From positions 1,116,001 through 1,180,000 of the forward strand of contig MU008171.1 of assembly GCA_010909165.1 (NCBI GenBank): a stretch of DNA of 64,000 bases, given 5' to 3'. This document shows positions 1-13,071 of this stretch, piece by piece (the stretch's first letter is position 1; each line of letters opens with the position of its first letter). Source of the DNA: Anthoceros angustus. Lineage: Eukaryota > Plantae > Anthocerotophyta. The translations under genes and the position numbers were made by a program. The notes under the pieces were generated by a model. That model made no database searches. It was given only the letters and a program-made list of their open reading frames with translations, and was not told the origin of the DNA.

Positions 1-703
1 TAGCAGGGAACACTTCCCATCTTATTAATGCCAGCCCTGGGTATCCATGGCTGATAGAGGCACAAATCCGACAAAACTGGTTAACCACCTCCTGGGGGTC
101 CGGACAGAGGAGGCTTTGAGGAGCTGTCATTTTGTCCTTCAAGGACTGTCAACACGAAGATAGATATGTGGATACAGTACTTACAATGGCGGGATATCGT
201 ACTTACGTGAAGAGGTTCCTGAGAGTCCTGGGGGACTAGGCAAAGGGTAAATTATACGTTCCTTAGAGATGTTGAGGTTGTGAAGATTGAACGAACATTT
301 TGATACCTACCCTTAACATGCCTTCTCTTGTGAATCGGTAAGAGACACTGCGCTCAGGGGCTGAATCTTACACTCGAAGACATGCAACTGCAAAGGACAT
401 CATGACCACTAGATTGGTGATGCAGCATGTTCCAATACGGCATGATTGATATAATCGAGCAAGACCTAATGGGGATGAAGGCGAGAGCATGCTTGGCTGA
501 GTCACAACGGACCGAGTTAACAATGACCGTCAGAATGGAGACAATAAATACATACCTGTGAGGATTTAAAGATGCCTGTATAAAGGTTTCCGGCACACCC
601 CTCGTGGAGCTGCCAGCTACAAGTCTACCATGGACGTAACAGAGCACCTTCCCAATGGCATTCTGCACCTTCATGAACCACGAACCAATGCTAAGTGTAC
701 CTA
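1..703 (-). CDS. Possible spliced exons of an unidentified gene, partial and unresolved
   Basis: The minus strand has plausible splice signals: acceptor TTTTAG near 704, donor CAG|GTATGT near 558, GTAAGT donors near 183 and 208, acceptor GACAG near 147. One open frame reads GTLSIGSWFMKVQNAIGKVLCYVHGRLVAGSSTRGVPETFIQ. I do not recognise the family and could not build a full model. Confidence 0.25.
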
Positions 704-869
704 AAAGGCTTCCTGAGGCTACCTAGACAAGTGCTTCCCTCTTGAAGGACTCACTTCGCTAACATAATACAGTACAGTTCGGCAGTCGGACTGAAGAATC
801 CAAATGCCGTCAAAAATGAATTGCAGACATCATTGTACACAACTATGGAATCATTTGTCATTTGCTGCA

Positions 870-3258
870 TCAGTTAGACCACACATGAACTAGCCCATGC
901 CTGTTTCCAGTGTAGATCTCATTCCTCTCTTCGTCGTAGAAGAGAGCAGTCACATCCTCCAGTGCCTCTTGGACAGAACTTCTGATGATGGAGGAGTTGG
1001 TTCGCGCTCGTGGGCTAATCCGCACACACGGATCATCAGCCCGTATTTTAGCCAGGCACTTGCCTGTGAGAATGTTGCTTATGTTGATAGAGCCCACTGC
1101 AAAACACATACCACAGATGAGATGATACACCATTACCAGCACATACCAGTACATAAGGAACAAGCAAAGTACAGCAAAAGTACCTGCACCATCTTCACAG
1201 TGGCTGTGCAAGTGAGCCTTGCAGTAGGAAATGATCAGGTCCTGTTCACTAGTGATGTATATGTTGTTCGTATTGCAATCAGGGTACCAGAGGAGGTGAT
1301 CTTCAAAGGACGTCACTAGTTCACCTCGGAAGTTCCACACTGCTACTGTTCGGTTCCGAAAGGTAAGGAAAAGTTGATTTTCGTAGAGAAAAATAAACGC
1401 CGACGGTGTCATAAACTCCGTTCTACTGACCTCTGTCAGCTGGGCATTTCGCACCTGCTCAATAAGCCACAGATTTCATAAAGCACTGCAAACATGTGAC
1501 ACCGTCTGTAGAGCCCAGCAAGATGAAAACTTACGTCCAGAATCTGCAGATTTTCATTCTCTTGCTTAACCAGCAACTTCTCATTGAACTGCTCGATAAA
1601 GTCAACCTTCTTATTCCGATGCAGAAGGTGATTGAACGCCTTCAAAACAGACCCATCCTCTATAGAAAGGATTTTAAGGGGTACATGACTCTGTGACCGA
1701 TCAAAGATCAGCAGCATGATCCCAGGGCTGATCAACAGACCACAAGAAAAAAAAAGGAGTCATGCCACTGACAAAAAATTTCAAAAAGAAAATAAAAGAG
1801 AACGCTACCTCCGGCATGACAACAAAATTCAATAGGGCACCTGATCTTGATTTCCTGGACATGTTCATCGGATATAGAGTAGAGCATAGTATAATTCTTC
1901 AGATCAAAAACCTTATAGATTCTGTGAGAAGAATGTAACCACCATCAGACTCTTGACAAAACTAGACAGCTCGCTGAGGCATACCAAACAATGGAGGAAG
2001 GAGATGTGGCTATACCGGTCTTGCGCAGAGTATGTGAGAACTTTTCCATTCACATCATCGAACTCTACAAAACCTGGCCATCTAAGCGACTCAGATTCAA
2101 ACAAAGGAAACCCTGCATCAGGCTGCCCACGCCTGATGTACCTACAAAAATGATACCACAGGACCACCAACAGTTAGTGATGCCAATTTCTTCCCGCTGA
2201 CTCTATCCACCCATTTCAGATGAATCTCAAACAACATGCAGGTTCCCAGAACCTACTCAATGGGGGTCGTTCGACATTTCAGAGAGCTGAAGTTGTCCGA
2301 AGCATATACAGAAACTGTGATCAGGGAGTCATTGTTCTTGTTGTAGAATAAACTTCTGATAACTTCATCAGAACTGATGTTCAAGAAGCAAATTCTCTTG
2401 TTGGTTTCTGCAAAAAAAGCAATCTTAGAACCTCCCTCACCACAAGGAGGCCATAAGTTGGATTAAACACCTGACAGGCATGACATACCACGACTAAAAG
2501 CCGCACATACACCAGAATGGGCAAGAGCAAAAACGGTGTCCCTCGCAGCTACAATCTCCACTATGCGAGAGCGTTTCTTCAGAAAGGGAAGCTTCAAAAA
2601 ATGATGGGCTTTGGGGTCGTGAGTGTCGAATTCCTCCTGTACAACCACAGAGCAAGAATGAGAGAAGCCCATGGCACATGGCAGTCGCAGCCCACAGGAA
2701 GCACAGCACACATCCAGGTGTGATTGGCCTCCATCCAAGAAACTGGGCCAGGCAGTTTGCAGGAGCACATGACCAGATTTGAATTTTAAAAACCAAACGG
2801 TCACATGAACATCAATTCAAGACCAAGTCACGTGACAATGTCCGAAAACTCCACTCCGATCACTTTCAGGGAAACGGTTGAGCAGGCTTCAGTGCTATGA
2901 CAGCAGCCACAACTCTTCCCCAGAAAGACCGACAAGAAGGAGCATTTCTTAACCGTCAGCAAGAGCAGCATGCAGCATGCAGAGTTCCGGCACCTCAGCA
3001 CACCTCAACCACAACAATTCTCACACCCAAAAGACGCGCACTCAAAACAGAAGCCCAGCACCGCACCTGCAGGTGAAAATTTCGAAATTTCTCCTGCGAG
3101 TTGGTGCGATTGAACGCCCAGTTGCCCGCACGACTAATCTCCCGCTTGAGCAGCTTTTTGACGCAGTTTTTGGAGTCGTCCGGGCGCTGCCGCTTCCCCG
3201 CCACGATGCGCCTGCCAGACGTGGGCCGCGGACTACTCTGAATTTTCACCTTATCCAT
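870..3258 (-). CDS. Conserved plant transducin/WD40-repeat-like protein, multi-exon (from memory similar to Arabidopsis At3g54190/At2g38630)
   Basis: Exon 1 is 3258-3067 (MDKVKIQSSPRPTSGRRIVAGKRQR...QEKFRNFHLQ) and exon 2 is 2636-2489 (EEFDTHDPK...IVEIVAARDTVFALAHSGVCAAFSR). Later exons encode CFLNISSDEVIRSLFYNKNNDSLITVSVYASDNFSSLKCR, LRWPGFVEFDDVNGKVLTYSAQD, SPGIMLLIF...KVDFIEQFNEKLLVKQENENLQILD and ALEDVTALFYDEERNEIYTGNRHGLVHVWSN-stop. Introns are GT-AG and no frameshifts were seen. Confidence 0.92.
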
Positions 3259-4485
3259 GGCGGAGCACGGGCCTCCGCGACCTGCAGCAAAGCCCGAGCC
3301 TCCAGGAGCCGCGCCCACCAGCCTCAGATCCTGCGCCTAAGCCCTACCGCTCTAAGCCCTAACACGGAGCAGCAGGCAGCAGCAGGTCCCGCGCCCGGAG
3401 GCCATGTGCCCCACCCTGGTGCCGCAACCCCGCGGCGCTGCAATTCAATTCCCCGCGGCCTCCCGCACCCAGTAGCCCGGCGCTGAGAAGCGCGGCGCAG
3501 GCTGGCGCGAGGCCCCGGCCCCAGCGGCGAGTCCGCGGCAGGCGGGCACAGGAGCGGCGCTCGCGTCCCCGCCAGCCCGCTGTACCGGCGCTCGCTCTTG
3601 CTCCCGCACCTGCTGCAGAAACCACCTGCAATGCGCGTCACACAACGCGGGGAGCGCAGGGCACGGAGCCGAAGCGCGGGCGGAGCGCGGATCCAGCGGC
3701 TCGAGGAGAGCAAGGCATTCGGGCGCGGTCGGAAAAGTCAGTGGCCGTCGCCGCGCATGGGGATGCCCCAGGCAGGCCAAACGGAGAGGAAGGAGGCAGG
3801 AGGAGGAAGCGGAGAGAAAGAAGGTATGCGAAAGAGGCGAGTAGCGGAGAAGAGAAAGAGGCCGGGCCGGAGAAGCTCGGTTTGAAATTGGTACATCCAG
3901 ACCAGTGGCAGTCTAGGGCTGGGCTGGGCAGCGGGCTTGAATACATAGGCCGGGCCCGGGCCCTGCCTCCCTGCCCCGCACCCGCACTATCGTCGTCAAT
4001 CACAACCCTCTATGCTTTCAAATTTCAACTCGCCTGTTCAAATTTACCGTGTCAACGTCCCAACTCCCATCCCCCCGTTACGTATTATAGCCACAAAGTG
4101 AACATTTTTTTGTTTTTTTAGAGGAACTGTACAAAGCTTTGCAAATGAAAATGTTGTTACATACTTGAATACCTATTCTATCAACAATGAAGAAAGAGTT
4201 CACGACCTGCCTAGACATAATTGCCCCTATCTCCCTAAACAATGTCAAAGAGCAAGTCCTTTCACAACTTAGCCTCTTATGCCGACAACATAATCTCTTC
4301 AGGCTGCCATCTACACACGAAATAGAAGAAGTTCAGAATTCAGTCATAGAGAAACTCATCAACATCAGCCCTATGCCCATATAAAATTTCCACAACGAAC
4401 TCACATAGTTCTCCTTACCCTGCAACTGGATATCTCTTCTACCATCAGAAACACGGCATTAAGCCTCTAGAGCACCAAATCGACC

Positions 4486-4998
4486 ATGTCCTCCAGCGTA
4501 AACGTGTCCAAAGAGGACAAATTCGATGGTCAGCAACAAAACTTTCCTATATGGAAATTTAGAATTACAAACATCCTTAAAGACCGCAAATTGTGGGCCT
4601 ATGTGGGGGGCCTAGGCAACCCTCCAGTCCCAATAGCCAGACCCACCATTGGAACACCACAGCAAAAAGAGGAATGGGAGGATGCCAACTAGCAAGCACG
4701 AAATGTGATCATCCAGGGCATGCGCTCCAGCAATGTCCAGCAAATTGAAAACACCAACAGAGCAGCGGATGCCTGCCAACAGCTACATGACATCTACGCC
4801 ACCACAGACATCCTGCACATAGTACACACCATTAAAAACTTCTTCGGGCTATGGATGAATGAAGGAGAACCCGTGGACCAACATACCATGAATTTCCGCA
4901 GTTGGAATACAAAATTCCAAGCAACAAGCTTCGCCATAACTGAAGACCTCTCCGCTGCCCTCCTCCTCTCCACGCTGCCAGAATCCTAGGTCAGCGTG
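4486..4998 (+). pseudogene. Ty1/copia gag N-terminal fragment (UBN2/Retrotran_gag_2-like), truncated
   Basis: KFDGQQQNFPIWKFRITNILKDRKLWAYV...EEWEDAN*QARNVIIQGM...AADACQQLHDIY...LSAALLLSTLPES* follows the copia gag pattern (F-x-G-x-N-F-x-x-W-K; LLxSLPxS). It has two in-frame TAG stops and is cut at ~4998 by an LTR-like insertion. Confidence 0.8.
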
Positions 4999-6024
4999 TG
5001 TGGTGGGAGGTTCCCGGGACCCCCGGAACCCTCAGCCCTGTAGCGGCCACACTTATCCCACTGTCGGTTAAATACGTGGGTTTCGTTCCACGAAGGAGTG
5101 GGGAGCCCTTCCCCGCGCGGATGGAGGTGCGCCCTCACGGTGACCTCTCGACTCTATTGACCTCCGTCAGGCCCGTGACTAGCGCCCCTCCTACCGGCGC
5201 CCTGCCTGCGGTGACCCACCCTAGGTAAGTCACACTACCCTACGCCGCGATGACTCCGGCGGCGCGGACCTACGTCGCGAGAGGCACCGCCCAAACTGCA
5301 GCGGCGACCATGGGGACCCCCCAAATCACCGTACAGTGGGCAATCCTCCCACCAGCGCAATTCCTACACTCCCTAAGACCCTTCTCGTGACAAATTTGGG
5401 GCCGCCCCCTCAAGCTCTTGTCACAGCCCTTGAAATTTCACCTTCCCCTCTCTTTTCTAGGTTGCTCTCACACTTTTCTTCCTCCTCTCTTCTCTTTTTG
5501 TCTTTTTCTCTTTTCTCTCTTGCTCCTTCCTTCTCCTCTCTTGCTCCCTATCCTCTCTAGCTCCTCTCTCGTCCTCTCTCGCTCTCTCTCTCTCTCGCTC
5601 TCTCTTCTCTTTTCTCTTTTCTCTCTTTTCTCTCTTTTCTCTCTCTCTTTCTCCTCTCTTCTCCTCTCTTCTCTAATCTACCTCTTCCACTCTTCCTAGC
5701 TAACTATCAGCCCTGGGCGCCCTCCTGGCCTCCCAGCAACTGCCTCAGATCATAGGGCAGTGCCCTCACGGACCTAGGCCAGACATTTGGCTGCAGGCGT
5801 CCGCGTGCTAGAATTTGCTAGGGGTCTTCCCTTCACCAGTCTGTCGCACCGTCACTACAACCACAATGCCGCTCCCTCACCGCTCGAACGCTACCCAGCT
5901 ACTACCTCCACAAGGAAAGGTTTGGGTCCCGCCCTCACCCTGGTCATCGCACCTCAAGACACTACCAGACACCATGCACCCTCACACGGTCACGCACGCT
6001 TGCGTAGCAAAACAAGCACACACA
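4999..6024. mobile_element. LTR-like element of ~1 kb with TGTGGT...(AC)CACA ends
   Basis: It starts TGTGGTGGG exactly where the copia gag stops. It ends AAGCACACACA (6024), and the duplicated copy reads AAGCACACCACA (~6569), the inverted complement of TGTGGT. The first ~100 bp align by eye to the reverse complement of 22140-22230. No clear TSD or PBS was found. Confidence 0.45.
5440..5697. repeat. Degenerate CT/TC-rich microsatellite tract
   Basis: About 250 bp that is almost entirely C and T (ctctctctct, ttctctcttt). Confidence 0.9.
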
Positions 6025-7043
6025 GGTCAGGAGAGCAAGGCATGACATTTTATTATGGGAGCTCCTCCCCCTCTTATAGGAGCTCCCCCAAACCCTAGCA
6101 TTAATTAAGTATGGTGGGGTAGGTGGGGTTGCTTACGGTTTTTAAGTAGGTGGCCTCTTAAAAGGTTCTTAACCTACCTCCTAACAATCCCACTAACCCC
6201 CTAGGGGTCTTAATGACCCATTCACTCCCCTACCAACTACCTGCCTACTTCTTCTTGGGCGTTGGCATGGCCAGGCGCCCTGCCACCGTCTTCCTCCTCT
6301 TTGCTGGGGGACTGTTCCCCGTCCGGATCTCCTCACTCATCGTCACGACAGGAACCTCCACACTTGTCTCGGCGATCTTGTTGTGATGAAGCTGGGCGCC
6401 CCCTCTTGCAGGCGCTCTTGTAGAGCAGCCTCTGTAACCTGTCTGCCACATTGCAATTACCTCAAGGCGGTTGGGTCTGGTTGCCCCCGGCAGACACCCC
6501 ACCAACCCTACCGGACACCATGCACCCTCACACGGTCACGCGCTTGCGTAGCAAAACAAGCACACCACAGTCGGGAGGCAAGGCATGACATTTTATTATG
6601 GGAGCTCCTCCCCTCTTATAGGAGCTCCCCAAACCCTAGCATTAATTAAGTATGGTGGGGTAGGTGGGGTTGCTTACGGTTTTTAAGTAGGTGGCCTCTT
6701 AAAGGTTCTTAACCTACCTCCTAACAATCCCACTAACCCCTAGGGTCTTAATGACCCATTCACTCCCCTACCAACTACCTACTTCTTCTTGGCGTTGGCA
6801 TGGCGGGCGCCGCCATCTTCCTCCTCTTTTCTTTGGGGGTGTCCCGTCCAGGATCTCTTCACTCGTCGTCACGGCGGGAACCTCCACACTTGTCTCGGCG
6901 ATCTTGTTGTGATGAAGCTGGGCGCCCCCTCTTGCAGGCGCTCTTGTAGAGCAGCCTCTCTGTGTCTGTCACCCTTGTGCAATTACCTCAGGCGGTTGGG
7001 TGTTTGCAGCGCACTCCTGGAGACACCCCACCAACCCTACCGG
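5968..7043. repeat. Tandem duplication of a ~540 bp unit (5968-6513; 6514-7043)
   Basis: Both copies start GACACCATGCACCCTCACACGGTCACG and end CACCCCACCAACCCTACCGG. Differences are largely 1-bp indels in homopolymers. Confidence 0.9.
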
Positions 7044-7213
7044 CTGGAAATCTCCTCCTCTTCCATTGGCTCCTCCCACACTGAGCCTTCCGCATCCATT
7101 TCACTCTCCAGGTCTTGAATCTCCGAAGCTGAGGGTCGCAATTCCTCCAAAATCTCCCTGTCGTCATCGTGGGGACCTAGCAACTTCATTGTCAACAAGG
7201 AACGCATCTCCTT

Positions 7214-7262
7214 AACACCATAAATTTTGAAGGGGGGGGGATATGCTCGATGGGGGTTTTTG
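7214..7262 (+). mobile_element. Putative left terminal inverted repeat of the Sola-like element
   Basis: AACACCATAAATTTTGAAGGGGGGGGGATATGCTCGATGGGGGTTTTTG aligns with the TIR at 13149 (AACACGATATCTTGTGAAGGGGGTGAATATTCACGAAGGGGTTTTCG). It interrupts a minus-strand reading frame (KEMRSLLTMKLLGPHDDDREILEEL...) at 7213. The matching right end was not found. Confidence 0.55.
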
Positions 7263-8152
7263 TGAATAACCGCTGAAGAGGGTTGGTAACCGGTCTAAAA
7301 GCTGTGGGTTCAGCTATTGTGTGGAAACTAAAGCGAAAAAAAGGGTCCGGCCCATCATACGAGTTTTCCGTTGGTATATATGCCAAGGGTGACCCAATTC
7401 CCTACACCGTTTGTTTCGCCAAAACAATACCCACAATGCACACCTGTTTGCCGGTCTAGCTCATCAAGACGACATTCGCGATTCCAACGCCACTATGTGA
7501 AGGTCATGAAATCTGACAGTTCAATCCATAAAACAAAATTGTGGGAAGAAAATTTCGTTTGCTCGGAGTTTAATGTGTGATCCTTCGCCTATTTGCGGTA
7601 CGGTGGCGAGGCAGGAGGGCGCGGCTGGCGGCGCCCCTCCCAGCTCACTCGCTGTAGCACATGCAACATGTTTGCTATCCACTTGGGCACCGCCTCGGAG
7701 AATGAAGTGGAACCGGCCAGTGGTACGGCGTGGCATGTTGCATGAGGGGCGGCCGGCGCCGCTTAATCGAAGGGCACATTCCACATGGTTGCTATCCGCA
7801 TTGTCGCCACTTCCTTTGGAATGAAATAGAATGAGGGGGGGTCATGTTGCATGCCGTGGTGTTGGAGACAAATACCCTAAACCGCGGGACTCACGCAACA
7901 TATTCACAGGACATAGTCCGTCAATATTCAGCCTAAAACAAGTGGTATGTGCAACCGCCATTGCAGCTTCTACAATTTCAGCTAAAGTTATGCACGAACA
8001 GCGACAAGAGGAATAGGGGGCGCCGGCCGACCGGCAACCCAGAGCCATGTACCGCGGTTTGGTTGTAAAGGATGGGCGTCATCGACACATGAAGTGGGGA
8101 CCCACATCCATACGACCCCTAATGACAATGGTTGAGGCTAGTCATCCTACAC

Positions 8153-11100
8153 TCAACAGCTAGTCATCCCCGAGTTCACGCCTTCGTCATCGCTTGGCCC
8201 AGCGTCAACAATATTGTCATCGCTATCCTCTGCGACACTTTGACTGGCTGGCTGTATGAATCCTCGCAATTCGCTCAATTTGTCCCTGATCGCCTTTTTG
8301 TCCACCGCATACAAATGTTTCCGGGCATTCAAAATAAAACCGTAATAAAGGATGACAGTATCATTCACATAGACCGCCTGTATGTTTTTGGGATAAAATA
8401 CCTTATTACCTTTTTTCCCTAGTGCCCGTCCATCTTGGTTACCTCTTCCTCGTAGTATATATTCCTCCACATACCGCCAGAATGCCTCAGATGATCATTG
8501 TCCGATACGGTGGATAAGAAAGTGAGGTTGTGGTGCATCCAACTTCACGTCCGTGACTTTCCCAATCTGAAGCATGCTCTGATGGTACGCTGCTCTTCCT
8601 CCTCAAAGACGGAGAACCATTTCCAAGGACGGTCCGAACAAGGCCGATGTGGTTTTCCAATAAGAATCCCCGTCTACCCAATTCTTCCCACCACTTGTAC
8701 TCTTGGCATAAGGTCGCATTCAAGTAACCCATCCTTCAAATGAGCCACACCTTCCGTTGGTGTCAGTGCCCCTGCGGTTCCTTTTTTATCCCGTGCACGT
8801 AAGGACATCAAAGCCTTCTTTGTTATGGCATCGAGGAACGAAATTTAAGAACTCCAAACCTGCCTCCGTTTCCCAAAGCGGAGATGTTGAATACTGCTTG
8901 CTCGATGATCGTGACTGTGCGCCGTTTGTCCTCCCGCGTAATTTTGAACTGGTGCTGGTATGACAGATTATTCAACTTCTTCACCGGCTACATTCTGCCC
9001 CGCTCAGACATATATATGTCCGGAACTGGAACCTCCACGGAACCTTCACCTGGAGAGGAGTATAGGCCTCCGCAAAATGTGTGCGACGGTAGCGGTGCGC
9101 TTCTTTGTGTTTCGGGCTTTTGGAGAAGCGGAAAACATCAGTCTATTTGGTCATGAGTGTGACCAACCAAGAGAATCCCACCTTCACTTTTTGAGCGTGC
9201 CCATATCAACGAGCATGTTCAGATATGCAAATAATAGCTGATTCTTGTTCTCCCGACATGTATTGTCAAGTTGCAAGTACAAAACTTTGGGCAGTACACC
9301 ATCATAGTTGTGGATGACATCTTGAATGACGTTGATAGTCAAATTGGCATCATTCCGGAGGTTTGCGTAGTGCAAAAACGCTCTGGCTTTGTGGGTGTAG
9401 TTGTGGATCATGCAACCAACCAGTGAACAGAAATGCGACATTCCTCGTCTAGGTTTTTTGGCCACCTCAACATGTGCGGTATCTCTGTCTTCTTCTAGTC
9501 CATGCCATCGATACATAGTAACATATACTTATGTGGTTCCACATAACTCTTGCTCCGGTGTTTTGTCATCTTTGCACGCTCTGCTAGGAGTCGCTCGCGG
9601 TGGGCGTCCAGTGCTGTTTGATATTTCTCTGCACATAACATATTCACAACATAGTTTTTGAGTCCCTTTACAGTTGACAACTTCCAAGATAAAAAACACA
9701 GTATGATGTCCAGCAATCAACGTTGCAAGCATCACCCTGCGGGATGTGCCTATGTCATTGACACCCCCAACTTCTCCTTCCTCAACCCCCTCCCCTCGCC
9801 CTATGATCGACAACAAAGGATATAATGGGCGGAACATATTTGTCAGGCACTTCCGGCGCTCGCGAGGACAGGGGCGCTGGCCAGCCGGCGCTCGCGAGGA
9901 CCTGTCCTTATTCCTGCAACCTCGACAGGGTAATAGCCGTGCCTTCGGCATGGCGAGGCCTAAGGCATGTGATAGGCACATGCATGGGTTACCCGAACGG
10001 GGTGCCGGCCGGCCGGCGCCCTCATGACCAGGGGAACCATCCACACATAATCCTAAGGACATATGGTACGAGACGTATGGTCCGCCCCACCTCAAAGACC
10101 ACATCGAAGCGGGGCATATTGACATAGTAGACATAACAGAATCGCCATTGAGGGTTTGGCCTACGGTCAACCACCCTCGTATCTTTGGAAAACATGGGGA
10201 TAAGGAAAAGAATGTTACTTACCTTGATCAACCTTTGAGATTGTATTTCGTATAGTTGTTTTCAATCCAGCGCAGAGCGAGCAAGTGGAGAATCTGTTGG
10301 ACTTTGGAATCTTTACCCTGTTGAAGTGCCCTTTCCATAGCTTCAAGAACCAGGCGTAAGTCACATACCGCTGTCCTCTTTGTTCACAATGCCGCCTATA
10401 TTCACCCCAAATTTCTAGTTTTGTGTATGTGTCGGGTAGGTTGAAGACCTCGATATTTGGAAGTCTCTCAGCCATGTTCAGGAAAGCATTGTCCATCCAG
10501 GCTATTGCACTTAAGGCATGGTGAGACTGCTGTTTTGGATTGACCTCATGGCATCCCACGGTGCATTCAGTATGACTCTACTCTTCAACTCTTCATATCT
10601 GCTGTGGCCGAGGCAATACACTCTTCTGAAGGCGCGCAAGCAGCATCGGAAAGGATCCGGCCCCAGAAGATGAGTAATAACTTTTGCGTTACCCAGCTCT
10701 TGTCGCACAACCTGTATGAGGGATTCCAAAAATGTTTCCTGCTCCTTGCCTCCCCATCCGTAAATAGCGATACCGTTGTTCACGAAACCTTTCTTTTGTC
10801 AATCTGTGGAGACACATCTGATTGCAACATGCCTTTCCGAAATCAATGTTGATGCTTTCCACTTCACATTTCCTCATTGGGACTCCCGCAGCTTGCCTCT
10901 TTTGGCACTGGACACTCGTAGCTTCTGCAGACACCAAAGTCTCACTCACTGTTTGGGGTGATAAGATGGCGGTCGCCGATCTTCGGGAGTGCTCTGGAAA
11001 TCGTCTGCCTCCTCATTCAGTCTATTGCCGCATTCTTGAGATGCGATGGTGAGTGCGGACTCCACCGCGATGAACAATGCCTCACGCATTCGGAGCCCTT

Positions 11101-11699
11101 GAGTGGCTTGGTCGCGCAGCCGCTGCTCACACCGTTGTTTGCATGGGGATCCCTCCAGGGCGGCATACCGGTTGAGATTTCTTGGTGTCCGTGGCAGGCA
11201 CCTCGGAATGGTAGGGGAGGCCGATAGCCGGCGATGTCGGCCAGGTCCAGTAATCGGCGCCGCTGGTATGCCATAGACTTCTACAGTCAGTAGATGATTA
11301 AATTCACAAATCCAACCTCCATGAGAATGCAAGTGAGTAAGCACACCTTCGCGGCCCGTAGTGCCTCGTGGGGAGCTGGGGATGTCTGTGGCAGAACATG
11401 CGGCCGCTTGGTGGGGCGTTCAGGTCCGCTCTTCTCCTCGTCCGTTGCACCTCGGGAAGTTCTCTTTCATATTGGGATTGAACCTCACCATCCGCAGTGT
11501 ATGCCTGCACAATCAAACGGGGGAATGAGGACATGTCTGCTCCTGATAACGCATCCAAGACGACGGCGTTCGATTGCAAAGCACTCTGTGACTGACATCG
11601 GCGTCGTCTATGCAGTGAGTGGCGAAGCATTTTGTTGGGCGTCTTCCGAGGTTGGACGGTGGTGGAGGGAATGAAAGAAGGCAAGGTTCCTTCCAACAT
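8153..11699 (-). pseudogene. Sola-type DDD transposase, intron-containing and disrupted
   Basis: N-terminal Cys motif KACCNQMCLHRL...CCLRAFRRVY, then WMDNAFLNMAERLPNIEVFNLPDTYTKLEIWGEY...FLKLWKGHFNRVKIPKSNRFSTCSLC. A GT-AG intron at 10222-9629 restores DQ-E-KYQTAL. The catalytic triad is IDGMD*KKTEIPH (~9500), LYLQLDNTCRENKN (~9260) and GFLLVGHTHDQID (~9150). There is one CAG>TAG stop and several 1-bp frameshifts. The conserved part spans ~8153-10950; the 5' start is uncertain. Confidence 0.75.
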
Positions 11700-12495
11700 T
11701 AGATAGGTTGGAACGTATTAGCCTTCAATGGAGGCCGTTTCCGGCATTACAGTCACCAACCATATAAGACCATTCTTCATGAAAACGTCGTTAAGTTCCT
11801 AATGTTTGCAGTGCAAGCAAGTAACGGGAAAGTCATTATGTTTGGTGATTAAAATAAACCCAAATGCAATGGGAGAAAGTGGTAGACGTTAAGCTGTATG
11901 TACAAGATGGCGGCGTTAATAATGTTCCTACCGGGGTTCGAACCCATCGGCTAGTAGGAGTAACCGGTAAACCCTAAATGTAAGCGCTTAAGCAGTGGAA
12001 ACCTGAACGGGGTACGACGAGGCGCTTGAAATAGCAAGGTTTTAGGGCCAAACAAAACCGGAGTGGAGCGCAACCAGTGATCACTCAAACGGCGAGCAAT
12101 TGACAGCTTTGTGCAAGAGGGAGCGGTGCGCGCGGTGTGGTCGCCTCAGAGGAGGGACTTCGGAACTACGAAGCGCCATCACTAACCCTAGATTGCAGCC
12201 CGAACGCGGTCAAATTGGGCGAGGGGAGCACGAACTTCTCAGCGCTTCTCAGGGTTCTCTCCATTTCCAAGTTTGCACTGCTTTGTGCACGAATTGACGT
12301 GTTTGTGGTAGAATTGCGGACGCTAATTAGCAGAGAAGGAAGGGCCCTATGAAGTGGCTTGTATTGAATTGCAGGTGATGGCGATGGGAAGAAGAAGCAA
12401 GAAGGATCAGGCGGCCGGAACCGGATCCCAGCTGTCTGAAGGCGAAAAGCGGCGGCAAAGCAAAGACCGTTGGCGAGAAGGCGCATGCCGATGAT

Positions 12496-13071
12496 TTGCA
12501 GGGAAGACCTCTGTCTTCGGGAGGACATGCTAGCCAGACGGCTGCAGGCGGGCCGCTTCCCGCAGGCGGAGGGCACTCGAAGTCGGGAAGCCTGGGTTCG
12601 GCGAAGGCAAGCACAACAAAATCAGGAGGCCATGGAGAGAAAGGGGAAAAGGGTGGGAAGAGGGTGGCTCCTATTCCATCCCCCTACAGTTTCGAGGAGA
12701 CAGTTTACATTCGACGCCTTGGAGCACAGATGGATGTAGTGAAGATCCTGGACAAGGATTGGATGGTTGTTCATGATCCTGAACCAGAAGACGAGAGTAC
12801 GTTTTGGACGCCTTTGTACAAGCTGTGGATTATGGGTTACAAGGATGCACTGCCAAATCAACGAGCAAGGGCAGGGTGGCTAGTGTGGGCAACATTGGAC
12901 ATGTCAAATAGGGATCTAGTAGCACAGTTACTGTGCATTACAAGGCCTCAAGAATTCGATGCGGTGCCCCAGGGTCCCGAGCTGTACAGAGCTTTCAAAA
13001 TCAGGTTCAACAACCTTGTTATCAAGAAATGCGAACCGAGCTTTTCTTGTTTGAATCGTGGAGCAATCTGA
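12496..13071 (+). CDS. Unidentified ORF inside the transposon island, probably continuing at 17374-17883 beyond the inserted element
   Basis: 191-aa open frame with a low-complexity N-terminus and a globular-looking part (TVYIRRLGAQMDVVKILDKDWMVVHDPEPEDESTFWTPLYKLWIMGY...YRAFKIRFNNLVIKK). No family recognised. Confidence 0.3.
   Translation: MQGRPLSSGGHASQTAAGGPLPAGGGHSKSGSLGSAKASTTKSGGHGEKGEKGGKRVAPIPSPYSFEETVYIRRLGAQMDVVKILDKDWMVVHDPEPEDESTFWTPLYKLWIMGYKDALPNQRARAGWLVWATLDMSNRDLVAQLLCITRPQEFDAVPQGPELYRAFKIRFNNLVIKKCEPSFSCLNRGAI

Noticed and set aside
2977-4121. Several overlapping 90-170 aa Arg/Ala/Gly/Pro-rich ORFs
   Set aside because: They are stop-poor frames in the GC-rich 5' UTR and promoter of the WD40-like gene, or antisense to its first exon, and show no motifs.
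5336-5699. Leu/Ser/Phe-rich membrane-protein ORFs
   Set aside because: They are translations of the CT microsatellite.
11930-11980. tRNA B-box (GGTTCGAACCC) and telomere-like AAACCCTAAA, suggesting a tRNA or telomerase RNA
   Set aside because: These are isolated short motifs with no A-box, cloverleaf or upstream USE/TATA arrangement, so they are compatible with chance or a telo-box.
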